DNA of 60,926 bases, filler included. It is 4 parts of 4 records of this genome, joined end to end, with 100 filler letters (N's around TTAATTAATTAA, not from the genome) between each part and the next. Parts side by side here need not be neighbours in the genome. Positions count along the whole stretch, not along the records: positions 34,259 to 56,241 come from SRR20825010_2195; 3 more parts are not named here. One strand, 5' to 3'. Every line of letters begins with the position of its first letter. The first letter of the stretch is position 1. This document shows, piece after piece, positions 39,629-49,118 of the stretch. A model generated the notes under the pieces. It was not told where the DNA came from, searched no databases, and saw only the letters and a program-made list of their open reading frames with translations. A program made the position numbers and the translations under genes.

Positions 39629-39645
39629 TATGACTGGATTATTAT

Positions 39646-40854
39646 TCAGTGCAGATTGGTCAGCACGTCCTGGAAGCGCTCCAGCGCCCAGTCGACCTGA
39701 TCTCGTGTAATCACCAGCGGCGGGGCGATGCGGATGGAATGTTCGTGCGTGTCTTTCGCCAGAATGCCGCGCTCCTTCAAGGCCTCGCAGTATTTCTTGG
39801 CACCGCCCGCTTCGGGCTGCAACTCGACCGCCAGCATCAGGCCGCGTCCCCGGATTTCCTTCACCGCGTTGGAGCGGATGTCTTCGAGGCCTGCCTTGAA
39901 ATAGGCACCTTGCTCGGCGGAATTCTCGATCATGCCTTCGCTGACCAGCACATCGAGCGCAGCCCGGGCGATGGCACAGGCCAGCGGGTTGCCGCCGAAG
40001 GTGGAGCCATGCTGGCCCGGCTGCAGCACGCCGAGGACCTCGGTGTTCGAAAGCACGGCGGAGACCGGGTAGAAGCCGCCGGACAGCGCCTTGCCGACCA
40101 GTGTCACGTCCGCCTCGATCCCTTCATGCTCTTCCGCCAGCATCTTGCCGGTACGGCCGAGGCCGGACTGGATCTCGTCCAGGATCAGCGTGATGTTGTG
40201 CTCGGTGCAGAGCGCCCGCATCCGCTTCAGATAGCCTGCGGGCGGAATGATCACGCCGGCCTCGCCCTGGATCGGCTCGATCAGCACGGCAACCGTGTTC
40301 TTCGTGATGGCCTCTTCGAAAGCCTTGATATCACCGAACTTGACCACCCGGAAGCCCGGCGCGAACGGGCCGAAGCCGCCGCGTGCGACGGGGTCTGTGG
40401 AGAAGCCGACAACGCCGATGGTGCGGCCGTGGAAGTTGTTGGAGAAGACGATGATCTCGGCCTGGTTCTCCTCGACGCCCTTCTGCTCATAGCCCCATTT
40501 GCGTACGGCCTTGATGGCGGACTCGACCGCTTCCGCCCCGGAATTCATCGGCAGCACCTTGTGGGAGCCGGTGAGCCGGGCGATGTCCTCGTAGAAACCG
40601 GCGAGCTGATCATTGTGGAAGGCGCGGGAGGTCAGGGTGATGCGTTTGGCCTGTTCGACCATCGCCTCGAAGATCTTCGGGTGGCAGTGGCCCTGATTGA
40701 CCGCCGAATAGGCGGAGAGGCAATCGAGATACTGTTTGCCGTCCACATCCCAGACATGCACGCCTTCGCCTCGGGACAGCACCACGTCCAGCGGCTTGTA
40801 ATTGTGCGCACCGAGGCGCTGTTCGGTGGCGATGAAGTCTGCGGCGTTTGCCAT
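39646..40854 (-). CDS. rocD: Ornithine--oxo-acid aminotransferase
   Basis: [51 protein letters not shown]. Confidence 0.95.
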   Translation of the reverse strand: MANAADFIATEQRLGAHNYKPLDVVLSRGEGVHVWDVDGKQYLDCLSAYSAVNQGHCHPKIFEAMVEQAKRITLTSRAFHNDQLAGFYEDIARLTGSHKVLPMNSGAEAVESAIKAVRKWGYEQKGVEENQAEIIVFSNNFHGRTIGVVGFSTDPVARGGFGPFAPGFRVVKFGDIKAFEEAITKNTVAVLIEPIQGEAGVIIPPAGYLKRMRALCTEHNITLILDEIQSGLGRTGKMLAEEHEGIEADVTLVGKALSGGFYPVSAVLSNTEVLGVLQPGQHGSTFGGNPLACAIARAALDVLVSEGMIENSAEQGAYFKAGLEDIRSNAVKEIRGRGLMLAVELQPEAGGAKKYCEALKERGILAKDTHEHSIRIAPPLVITRDQVDWALERFQDVLTNLH

Positions 40855-40893
40855 GAGTGTCTCCGTGGTTCGGGGTATCAGAAAGGCCAGGGC

Positions 40894-41829
40894 TCAGAAA
40901 GAACGTGTCGGCCGGTCCATGACCTTGCGGCCGAACAGGCTCGCGGCCAGGTCGACCATCAGGCGCGCGGTCTTGCCGCGTTCGTCGAGAAACGGGTTCA
41001 GTTCGACCAGATCAAGGGAGCCGACGCGCCCGCAATCGTTCAGCTTCTCCATGATCAGATGCGCCTCCCGGAAAGTCGCACCGCCGGGAACGGTGGTGCC
41101 GACAGCCGGCGCGATCTCGGGGTCGAGGAAATCGACGTCGAGGCTGACATGAATGATGCCGTCCGCCGCTTCGACCCGTGCTAGAAAATCCTTGAGCAGG
41201 GTGTTGACGCCATGCTCGTCGATGGCGCGCATGTCGATCACCTCGATCGGCTGGTTCATCAATGCGCGATTTTCCGCCGGATCAACGGAGCGGATGCCCA
41301 TCATGGTCATGTTCCCGGGTTTCACCGGCACCTCCAGAGCAGGGAAGTAGCCGTCGAAGCCGTCCCGCCCGGTGAAATAGGCGACCGGGACGCCATGCAG
41401 ATTGCCGCTCTCGGTGCTGTCGAGGTCGTGATAGTCGGAATGGGCATCGAGCCAGAGCACGAAGAGCTCGCGCCCCTCTTCCTTGGCGGCCTTGGCGATG
41501 CCGGGAAGCGTTCCTGCCGCCAGCGCATGGTCGCCGCCGAGGAAGATCGGCGTGCGTCCGCCCTGCTTCGCCTGATAGGCGGCTTCGGTGAGCGTCTCCA
41601 CCCAGCCAGCGGTTTCCGTCAGGTTCTTGATCGCCTTGTTCGGGTGGCTGCGCGGCGCGAGTTCCGCAGCGGCGCAATTCCCCAGATCCTCGACAGAATG
41701 GCCAAGACTTTCCAGCGCCCGGCCGAGCCCGGCGGTGCGGAATGCGTCAGGCCCCATGAGACAGCCCGGCTGGCCAGCCCCGATCTGAACGGGGGCGCCG
41801 ACAAGAACACAGGAACGGGGATCGCTCAT
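40894..41829 (-). CDS. rocF: Arginase
   Basis: GGDH, WLDAHSD, SGNLHG, SLDVDFLDP, ELNPFLD. Confidence 0.95.
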   Translation of the reverse strand: MSDPRSCVLVGAPVQIGAGQPGCLMGPDAFRTAGLGRALESLGHSVEDLGNCAAAELAPRSHPNKAIKNLTETAGWVETLTEAAYQAKQGGRTPIFLGGDHALAAGTLPGIAKAAKEEGRELFVLWLDAHSDYHDLDSTESGNLHGVPVAYFTGRDGFDGYFPALEVPVKPGNMTMMGIRSVDPAENRALMNQPIEVIDMRAIDEHGVNTLLKDFLARVEAADGIIHVSLDVDFLDPEIAPAVGTTVPGGATFREAHLIMEKLNDCGRVGSLDLVELNPFLDERGKTARLMVDLAASLFGRKVMDRPTRSF

Positions 41830-41979
41830 TTTGGGCTCCATGAATGGTGTGCGGATCACGCGCCCGCCGACCAATGATGTCAGTATGCGGGCAATTCTCT
41901 GGCGCAAAATAGATGGCAATTTGCGCAATTTGATCCATGATATAAGCAATATGGTAATATAAATATGACGATTTGAAAA

Positions 41980-42420
41980 ATGGACGCTGTTGACCAGAAA
42001 CTGATCGCCGCTCTGCGCCGGGACGGCCGGGCGGGGATTTCCGAGCTTGCCGGGACGGTCGGGGTGTCGCGGGCCACGGTGCGGAGCCGGCTGGAACGGC
42101 TGGAGCGGGACGGCCATGTGCTCGGCTACACGGTGGTCCTGCGCGGGGACGCGTCGGAAATGCCCGTGCGCGGCATCATGCTGATCGAGATCGAGGGACG
42201 CGGGACCGAGAACGTGGTGCGCCAGCTCACCGGCATCGGCGAGGTCGGCGCGGTGCACAGTACGAACGGAAAATGGGATTTGATCGCGGAGATCGGCGCC
42301 GAGACCCTGACGGATTTCGACGATGTGCTGCGCCGTATCCGGCTGATCGAGGGCATTGCGAGCTCGGAGACCAACCTGCTGCTGGCAACCCGCCGCAGTG
42401 CCCGGGCCGCCCGCCGGTAA
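41980..42420 (+). CDS. Lrp/AsnC family regulator, divergent from rocF-rocD
   Basis: DQKLIAALRRDGR..VSRATVRSRLERL; AT-rich intergenic region. Confidence 0.92.
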   Translation: MDAVDQKLIAALRRDGRAGISELAGTVGVSRATVRSRLERLERDGHVLGYTVVLRGDASEMPVRGIMLIEIEGRGTENVVRQLTGIGEVGAVHSTNGKWDLIAEIGAETLTDFDDVLRRIRLIEGIASSETNLLLATRRSARAARR

Positions 42421-42444
42421 CGGGAGCGGCCCGGGATCGTTTAT

Positions 42445-42846
42445 CTATTCCGGCTTTTCCGCTTCAAGGCCGTGGGCGCCGTGCGGGTTGTCGAGAACCA
42501 TCAGCCATTTGCCATCCGGCTGGCGGCGAAGAACGGCGACGGTGAGCCCGCCCATTGTGACGTCCTCGCATCCGGGAGCCGTACCCCGCATGCCCCAGGG
42601 GGCGAGATGCACGGCGATGTCGCCGCTGATATAGACTTCGTGCTCTCCATAATGGACGGCCGGTTTGGTGGCAGCGAGTTCACCGAAGATCTGCCGGGCG
42701 ACGGTCTCGTCTGTAACGGGCTGACCCGGTTCGAACAGGATCGCCGCTCCCGGCTCATATGATGCCATAACACCGTCAAGATCTCCTTTTTCGAGATTGG
42801 CGGTCATGGTCAGGATGGTGGAGAGAGCCGCTTGTTTGTCTTTCAT
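42445..42846 (-). CDS. SnoaL/NTF2-like (DUF4440/YybH-like) protein
   Basis: GDLDGVMASYE, AVLRRQPDGKWLMVLDNP. Confidence 0.8.
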   Translation of the reverse strand: MKDKQAALSTILTMTANLEKGDLDGVMASYEPGAAILFEPGQPVTDETVARQIFGELAATKPAVHYGEHEVYISGDIAVHLAPWGMRGTAPGCEDVTMGGLTVAVLRRQPDGKWLMVLDNPHGAHGLEAEKPE

Positions 42847-42970
42847 GATTCAGGTTCCTTTCGTGCTGTTCGGAGGGAAGGCGTGCGGAGGCAGCACGAA
42901 GCCTGCGCACACAAGGCAATCGGATAAGGCCCGCTGCAACGGGCGGCCGTGACGCTTAGTGGCGCTGTGG

Positions 42971-43822
42971 TTAGTGAATCTGCTGTTCGGCGACGATGGT
43001 CCGCACCGTGGCGGCGAGATCGTCCGGGCAGGTGAGCCCGGCTGGGCTTTTCTGCAGGCAAAGTGCCGCCAGATTCCGCTCCATGGTCCGGGTGCGGGCG
43101 AGGATGGCTTCATACCCCGCATCCTCGGCACATCCGGCGCTTTGCGTCAGGGGGCGGGAGCGATCAAGCCTGCCAAGGCGGAGCGCTTCGGGAAGACGGC
43201 GCGGACAGCGGCATTGCGCCGACGGATTGGCGATGCCGCAGACGCGCCCGGAGAAGGCAATGACATCCGACCGGGCACGGGACAGGCGTTTACGGTAGGT
43301 GGCGGATGCGATTTCCAGTATGTCAGCCGCTTCTTTGTGGTCGAGCTCAAGGATCTCGCCAAGGACGAAGGCAATGCGGTGCTCCACGTCCAGACAAAGC
43401 AGCATTGCCATGGTGCAGGCGATCCGGAGTTCTCCAAGCATGGCGACATCGTCCGCTGCAGGTGCCGGGTCCTCGATCAGGCCCGTATGCAGATCTTCCT
43501 CGAATGTCTGGAAACTGAGATTTATCGCCCGGCTCTGGATCTTTCGGGAACGGAGCAGGTAGTTGACGGCAATCCGGTAGGCCCATGTCCGGAAATTGCT
43601 GCGGCCCTCGAAGGTAGAAAGCCGGGTGATCAGAATAATCAGGATTTCCTGCGTGGCGTCGCGGGCATCATCGGGATTGGCAAGAAAGCGCAGTGCCAGG
43701 GTGTAAAGAGAATCCTGTGAGGTGAGGATCAGGTCTTCCAGCGCGCTTTTGTCGCCGGATCGGGCCAGTTCGGCCAGTTCGTTCAGGCTTTTTGCGCCCA
43801 GTTTATTCCGTGACATGTTCAT
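42971..43822 (-). CDS. ECF sigma-70 factor with Cys-rich C-terminal extension
   Basis: DARDATQEIL, FRTWAYRIAVN, CTMAMLLCL, RKRLSRAR, CGIANPSAQCRC. Confidence 0.88.
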   Translation of the reverse strand: MNMSRNKLGAKSLNELAELARSGDKSALEDLILTSQDSLYTLALRFLANPDDARDATQEILIILITRLSTFEGRSNFRTWAYRIAVNYLLRSRKIQSRAINLSFQTFEEDLHTGLIEDPAPAADDVAMLGELRIACTMAMLLCLDVEHRIAFVLGEILELDHKEAADILEIASATYRKRLSRARSDVIAFSGRVCGIANPSAQCRCPRRLPEALRLGRLDRSRPLTQSAGCAEDAGYEAILARTRTMERNLAALCLQKSPAGLTCPDDLAATVRTIVAEQQIH

Positions 43823-43849
43823 CGCTCCGTCGTTGGTCTGAAAGCTTAG

Positions 43850-43875
43850 AGACCTGACGGCAGGGATGTGTGACA
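43850..43875 (-). promoter_or_regulatory. Putative ECF-type promoter upstream of the sigma gene
   Basis: TGTCACA-N15-GTCT on the minus strand, about 28 nt before the ATG. Confidence 0.4.
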
Positions 43876-43887
43876 CGAAAACTCACA

Positions 43888-44496
43888 TTAAGCGGGGATG
43901 TCTTCCTCAAGCAGGTCGAGCGCTTTGAGGGCGGTGCGGGCGGAGAGCCAGAGCTCTTCCTCCTCGCGGATCACCTTGCAGACGACATTGAGGCCGACCA
44001 GCACGGTCTTCAGGGCAAGCGCGGTGGCGTGCGGATCGAGGCTTTCGGGCAATTCCCCGGTTTCCTTGCCGAAGGCGAGCAAATGTTCCAGCCGGGTGAC
44101 ATTCGCCCTGACGATATCGGTCAAGATCGGGCCGAGCTCTTCGTCGCGGCTGCACAGTTCAGCCACGCTTTTGATCGCGAAACATCCCCTGGCATCGGGA
44201 TCCGCGGCGCGGGCCTGGCAGGCGGCGCGGAATGTTTCGGTGATCAGGCGGCGGACCTCGCCCGGTTTGACTTGCGCATCGGCAAAGGCCTGGTCGGGAG
44301 CCTGGTCGCCATACCGGGCAAGGGCCTCGCGGAACAAGGCCTCCCGGCTGCCGAATGCGTTGTAGAAACTTGACCGGGTGATGCCGAGACGTTCGGAGAG
44401 CGCCTTGACGGAGCAGGCCTGGTACCCGGCACGCCAGAACGCGTCCATCGCAGTCTCGATGGCCTCGTCTCTGTCAAACTTGCTGGGCCGTGCCAT
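43888..44496 (-). CDS. TetR/AcrR family regulator
   Basis: MARPSKFDRDE..FWRAGY..GITRSSFYNAFGS. Confidence 0.92.
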   Translation of the reverse strand: MARPSKFDRDEAIETAMDAFWRAGYQACSVKALSERLGITRSSFYNAFGSREALFREALARYGDQAPDQAFADAQVKPGEVRRLITETFRAACQARAADPDARGCFAIKSVAELCSRDEELGPILTDIVRANVTRLEHLLAFGKETGELPESLDPHATALALKTVLVGLNVVCKVIREEEELWLSARTALKALDLLEEDIPA

Positions 44497-44620
44497 TTCC
44501 GCTCACGCACCTATGATTTGTACATTTATGGACAAAACGAAGTATCCGTGTTCTGTCCGGCTATGTGCATAAAGCGCCTCGCGCGTTTTGTCGATCTGTT
44601 GGAAAATCAGGGAGTTTGCG

Positions 44621-44914
44621 ATGACGGCATTTTTTGTGGCTGTGGTGACAGTCAAGGACCCGGCCAAGATGCAGGACTATTCAAAGAAAGCTGCGGAAAC
44701 CTTCAAACCGTTCGGCGGTGAAATGGTGATGCGCGGGAAAGCCGGAGAGGTTCTGACCGGCGGCGCCGCCACCCATCAGGCCACCGGTATCGCCTCCTTC
44801 CCGAGCATGCAGAACCTGAAAGCCTGGTACGCCTCGGATGCCTATCAGGCGATCATTCCGCTGCGCGAGGAAGCGGCGGACATGACGATCACCACGTATG
44901 ACGCGCCGTCCTGA
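44621..44914 (+). CDS. DUF1330 family protein
   Basis: FGGE..RG, FPSMQNLKAWYASDAYQAIIPLR. Confidence 0.85.
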   Translation: MTAFFVAVVTVKDPAKMQDYSKKAAETFKPFGGEMVMRGKAGEVLTGGAATHQATGIASFPSMQNLKAWYASDAYQAIIPLREEAADMTITTYDAPS

Positions 44915-45045
44915 TCCATCACGTGAGGTGGCCCGGCGGGGCTGCCTCACGCCGGGAGCCGGACCGCTCCATGAAAAGGCCGTGGCCCGGGTGATCCCGG
45001 ATGATCTAGGCTCCTTGTGTTGGCAACAATGCAGGTCTGCCGGGT

Positions 45046-46206
45046 ATGAAGATCACAGGCATCCGGAGCCATGTGCTCCAGTACGATCTCGATGAAGAGC
45101 TCGGCTATTCCCAGCAATATTACCTGAAGCGCACCACCCATCTGGTGGAGATTACGACCGACGAGGGACTGGTTGGCTGGGGGGAGTGTTTCGGCGGCGG
45201 CGATATCGCTTTCGCCAACAAGGCCATTGTCGAGCGTGTCATCCAGCCGATGGTGCTCGGCATGGATCCGCTTGAGCGCGAGGTGATCTGGCACAAGGTT
45301 TACAACCTTCTGCGAGACCACGGCCAGAAGGGCATGCCGATCCAGTCTCTCTCCGGTGTCGATATCGCGCTCTGGGATCTGGCCGGGAAGATCCACGGCG
45401 TGCCGGTCTACAGGCTGCTTGGCGGTGCCTTCCGGGACCGTATCCAGGTCTATGGTTACGGCATGATGCTGCAGCGGGTGCCGGACCTGAAGGAACGGTT
45501 CGCCGCCGAGAGTGCTGCGATCCGTGATGCCGGCTACAAAGCCATGAAGATGAAGGTCGGGCGCGGCGTGAAAGAGGATGTCGCGCTGGTCGAAACCGTC
45601 CGCGATGCGATCGGCCCCGATATCGGCCTGATGGTGGATGCGAACCATGCCTACACGGCACGGGAAGCGATACCGCTCGGGCGTGAGCTGGAGCGGCTCG
45701 GCGTTGCCTGGTTCGAGGAGCCGGTCGCGCCGGAGGACCGGCAGGGTTATCGCGATCTGTGCCTTGCCCTGGATATGCCAATTGCCGGCGGGGAGGGCGA
45801 GTTCACCCGCTGGGGCTTCCGCGATCTGATCCATAATCGCTGCGTCGATGTTCTGCAGCCGGAAGTCTGCGGGCTGGGCGGGATCACCGAATATCTGAAG
45901 GTCCGGGCCCTGGCGGAGGCCCATTTCATGCCGATCGTGAACCATGTCTGGGGCTCGGCGGTGGCCGTCGCCACCAACATGCACCTGCTGGCGGCCCTGC
46001 CGGATTTGCCGGGAGGAGCCCATCCGGTCCAGCCGATGCTGGAATACGACACCACGCCGAACCGCTTCCGTGAGGAGCTATTGCTTGAACCGCTCCGGGT
46101 CGGCGAGCAGGTAAAGGAAAGCGGCGGTTCTGTCGGCTTGCCGGGCGGGCCGGGGCTTGGGATAGAGCCGGATCCGGAATTCCTGAAGCACTTCGCCGTT
46201 AGCTGA
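45046..46206 (+). CDS. Mandelate racemase/muconate lactonizing enzyme (enolase superfamily)
   Basis: GLVGWGE, SGVDIALWDL, KMKVG, MVDAN, WFEEP, GPGLGIE. Confidence 0.92.
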   Translation: MKITGIRSHVLQYDLDEELGYSQQYYLKRTTHLVEITTDEGLVGWGECFGGGDIAFANKAIVERVIQPMVLGMDPLEREVIWHKVYNLLRDHGQKGMPIQSLSGVDIALWDLAGKIHGVPVYRLLGGAFRDRIQVYGYGMMLQRVPDLKERFAAESAAIRDAGYKAMKMKVGRGVKEDVALVETVRDAIGPDIGLMVDANHAYTAREAIPLGRELERLGVAWFEEPVAPEDRQGYRDLCLALDMPIAGGEGEFTRWGFRDLIHNRCVDVLQPEVCGLGGITEYLKVRALAEAHFMPIVNHVWGSAVAVATNMHLLAALPDLPGGAHPVQPMLEYDTTPNRFREELLLEPLRVGEQVKESGGSVGLPGGPGLGIEPDPEFLKHFAVS

Positions 46207-46266
46207 CGCGTAGTCGTCCGGTCGCCTGTTCTAGGTAGCAGGATTTCCGAATGGTCGGCTAGCCCG

Positions 46267-46986
46267 TCATTCGCCGAATTGGGTCATTGAGCGGTAGCGG
46301 ATCAGGCTGGTGTCTATCCGTTCTGCGACGCGCGTGTTCATCGCCTCGACATCCCCGGCAATCGCGAGGTTCCAGCTGCTTGCCCGTAGTCGGCTGTATT
46401 TCTGTGGGTCGAGATCTCTCAGATATTGCCCGGAAGCCAGCACCACGTCGCCGACATAGAGAACCTCGCCCGCGTCGACGTGAAACACCGGAACGCCCGC
46501 CCGCAGTTTGTCCTCCTTGACCGACCGGACGATAGTGGTTCTGTTCATTGAGCGGACGATCTGGCGGTCTAGGAACCAGTCTCCTGGCGTCACCTCGACG
46601 ATGGCGTAATTCATGGTTCCGAACCGTTCCATCCTGTCGGGTAGGCTGAGAAGCTTGTTCGGTTTGCTGAGCGGTACGGGAATGAGCTCCGGCGACGGGG
46701 CTTCGAGGACAAGCTTGTCAAGGTCCTCGCCGGTTGCCGGGTCGTAACGTCTGAAAGAGGCCTCGGCTCCGGAGAGAAAGGCCGGGACGCGCAGCGGGGC
46801 GGCCACGACCTCGATCTTGTCGGTCCGGACCGCTGGTCCGATGTCAGCGGCCAGAAACGCACCGCCGATGATCACGATGGCCTTGCCCGGGGCTGGACCG
46901 CGCTCAAAGGTGCTTGTGCTGGAAATCGCGCAGGCGCTGAGGAGCGCGCAGAACAGCAACGCGGCAAAACGCTTCAGAACAGGCAT
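46267..46986 (-). CDS. Putative lipoprotein of unknown function
   Basis: Signal peptide with lipobox LSAC; FHVDAGEVLYVGD. Confidence 0.7.
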   Translation of the reverse strand: MPVLKRFAALLFCALLSACAISSTSTFERGPAPGKAIVIIGGAFLAADIGPAVRTDKIEVVAAPLRVPAFLSGAEASFRRYDPATGEDLDKLVLEAPSPELIPVPLSKPNKLLSLPDRMERFGTMNYAIVEVTPGDWFLDRQIVRSMNRTTIVRSVKEDKLRAGVPVFHVDAGEVLYVGDVVLASGQYLRDLDPQKYSRLRASSWNLAIAGDVEAMNTRVAERIDTSLIRYRSMTQFGE

Positions 46987-47245
46987 GGAACCCCCGGTCG
47001 AAATTTTGCGAAGGTTAGTCTGGCGCCGGGATGCCTGCAACTACTGCGGTCTGCCGCTCAGTCGAAACTCCGGCCGCCGGCGGCTTTGCGCGGCCTGCCC
47101 TTGTCTTCGGGCAGGGGAATGAAGCCCGCTTCGTCGCCCGGCACCGTGTCGATCCGCTCGAGCCCGGAGGAGACGAGGTTCCTCCAGATATAGCGCGGTC
47201 CTTCCATAGGCTTGCCGCTGAGAGCATGAAGCGTTCGGATCCTGG

Positions 47246-47380
47246 AAGGAATTGCTTATAGAACCGCTCCGGGTCGGCGAGCAGGTCAAGGACAGCGGCG
47301 GCAGTGTCGGCCTGCCGGGTGGGCCGGGGCTTGGCATTGAGCCGGACCCGGATTTCGTGAAGCATTTCACGGTGAGCTGA
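47246..47380 (+). repeat. Second copy of the last 135 nt of the enolase-superfamily gene (46072-46206)
   Basis: KELLIEPLRVGEQVKDSGGSVGLPGGPGLGIEPDPDFVKHFTVS* vs EELLLEPLRVGEQVKESGGSVGLPGGPGLGIEPDPEFLKHFAVS*. Confidence 0.95.
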
Positions 47381-47387
47381 AACAGGG

Positions 47388-47717
47388 TCACGCCGCCTGG
47401 GTGAGGATGTCTGTCGCTTTGTGATCGCCGGGAACACCCTCGATCAGAATAATGTTCCCGGTGCTGTTCCGGCTGCGTAGCGGCAGGATCGCCCCATAGG
47501 CATCCGAGCGATACCAGGCGCGTGCCTTCTCCATATCCGGAAACTCAATGACGATAATGTCGCCCGCCCACTGGCCCTCGACGCATTCCGCTTGCGCGCC
47601 ATGAACCCGGAAACGCCCTTGAAAAGGCGCCAATGTGGTGTCGATCTGTTCCAGATACTGCACGATTTCAGGCCCCATGCTGACGGCGGTCAGATGCCCG
47701 ATGGCGAATGCCGGCAT
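47388..47717 (-). CDS. DUF1330 family protein
   Basis: YLEQIDTTLAPFQGRFRVHG, IEFPDMEKARAWYRSDAY. Confidence 0.88.
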   Translation of the reverse strand: MPAFAIGHLTAVSMGPEIVQYLEQIDTTLAPFQGRFRVHGAQAECVEGQWAGDIIVIEFPDMEKARAWYRSDAYGAILPLRSRNSTGNIILIEGVPGDHKATDILTQAA

Positions 47718-47773
47718 GTTTATCTCTCCAGCTGATGTAATGCCGGGATATTGCCGATGGGAGGAGCGGAGGC

Positions 47774-47791
47774 CAATTACCGGTGAGGTAA
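47774..47791. promoter_or_regulatory. Candidate operator shared with 55704-55724
   Basis: caattaccggtgaggtaa, containing a TTACC-N5-GGTAA palindrome. Confidence 0.5.
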
Positions 47792-47973
47792 GAAAATCGT
47801 CATGACGTCCGTTTTGTCGACTGGGGGCTCAAGATTTCTGCCGGAGGCTGCTTCTTTTCCTTTCTAAAGCCATCTGATCTCGATTGAAGGCCGTTTTGAG
47901 CCGAAGCGGACTTTCAGCATGTAGCCACCGCTATCCAAGGTGGTTCACATCACCTCATTGTCCTGACGGGGGC

Positions 47974-48909
47974 TTAAGGCTGTATCTCCAAATCCTCGGG
48001 TGAAAGCGCGAGCGGTGCCGTCGTCTCCGCGCCTTTCAGGGTGCCGGCCAGATGGTCGACGAAACGCCTTACCCTGGCGGACAGATTGTGACGCTCCGGG
48101 AAAACGGCAGAGAGGTGGGCGGTTTGCCGGCAGGCGGGCAAGACAACCCGCAGGCTGCCATCCCGGACATGACGGGCGATGTCCCATTCCGACCTCAGCA
48201 TGATTCCATGGCCGCCGAGAACCCAGTCCAACGCGATTTCGCCGTCGTTCGTGCTCAAGTTGCCGCTTACCTTCGCGGTCTGCATTTCCCCGTTTCGGTC
48301 GTCGAACCGCCATACGTCGTAAGCTCCGTGGTCCTGGCGCAGAACGATGCAATTGTGTCCCTGGAGGTCCCCAAGAAATGCCGGGGTCCCGTGATTGGCA
48401 AGATAGGATGGTGATGCGCAGAGATATCGCCGGTTTCTGACCAGCATTTTCATGACCATTCTGCTGTCGGGCGGTGCTCCGAAGCGAATTCCGAGATCTA
48501 TTCCTTCTTTGACAAGGTTCAACGGTGCATCCGTCAGAATCAACTGGACCTGAACTTCCGGGTGGCGCTGCTTGAAGGAGGAAATAGCGGGCGCAATGTA
48601 GGTCCGGCCGAAACGAAGTGTGGAATTGATACGCAGCAACCCTTTCGGAGTGTCTCTCGCTCCGGTGATCCGCTGCTCCAGAGCGTCGATATCCCCGAGA
48701 ATTCGCGCTGCCTCCAGAAGATAGGCATCGCCTTCGCTGGTAAGACTGACCCGCCGCGTCGTTCTGTTCAGGAGCCGAATTCCGAGCCGGTCTTCCAGCT
48801 TCGCCAATCGCCTGCTGACCGCGGAAGCCGATATCCCGAGATCCCGGCCGGTGGCGGTGAAGCTCTCCCGCCGGGCGAGAAGGACGAAAAAGGATAGGTC
48901 GCTTTCCAT
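47974..48909 (-). CDS. LysR family regulator (DmlR/TtuA-like by context)
   Basis: SASAVSRRLAKLEDRLGIRLLNRTTR; divergent from the TRAP-dehydrogenase operon. Confidence 0.9.
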   Translation of the reverse strand: MESDLSFFVLLARRESFTATGRDLGISASAVSRRLAKLEDRLGIRLLNRTTRRVSLTSEGDAYLLEAARILGDIDALEQRITGARDTPKGLLRINSTLRFGRTYIAPAISSFKQRHPEVQVQLILTDAPLNLVKEGIDLGIRFGAPPDSRMVMKMLVRNRRYLCASPSYLANHGTPAFLGDLQGHNCIVLRQDHGAYDVWRFDDRNGEMQTAKVSGNLSTNDGEIALDWVLGGHGIMLRSEWDIARHVRDGSLRVVLPACRQTAHLSAVFPERHNLSARVRRFVDHLAGTLKGAETTAPLALSPEDLEIQP

Positions 48910-49118
48910 GATTTTGAAATCAAACGCAATAATGAAATACGTTTAGCGAATTTATCAACTTCAACGCAATTGTCTATAGATGTCCGGTCCCGGTGTCGAA
49001 ATCCGGGGCGTGCAACCGGGCAGGCGAAATGCAACGCCGAAAATATTGCCCGGACCAAATAACAACCGGGCAAATGCCCGACTCGAACAGGACAGGTTCG
49101 TGCAGGAGAGGAGACATA

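Noticed and set aside
47015-47245. Short ORFs between the lipoprotein gene and the duplicated tail
   Set aside because: No recognisable motifs or RBS; cannot be supported as genes
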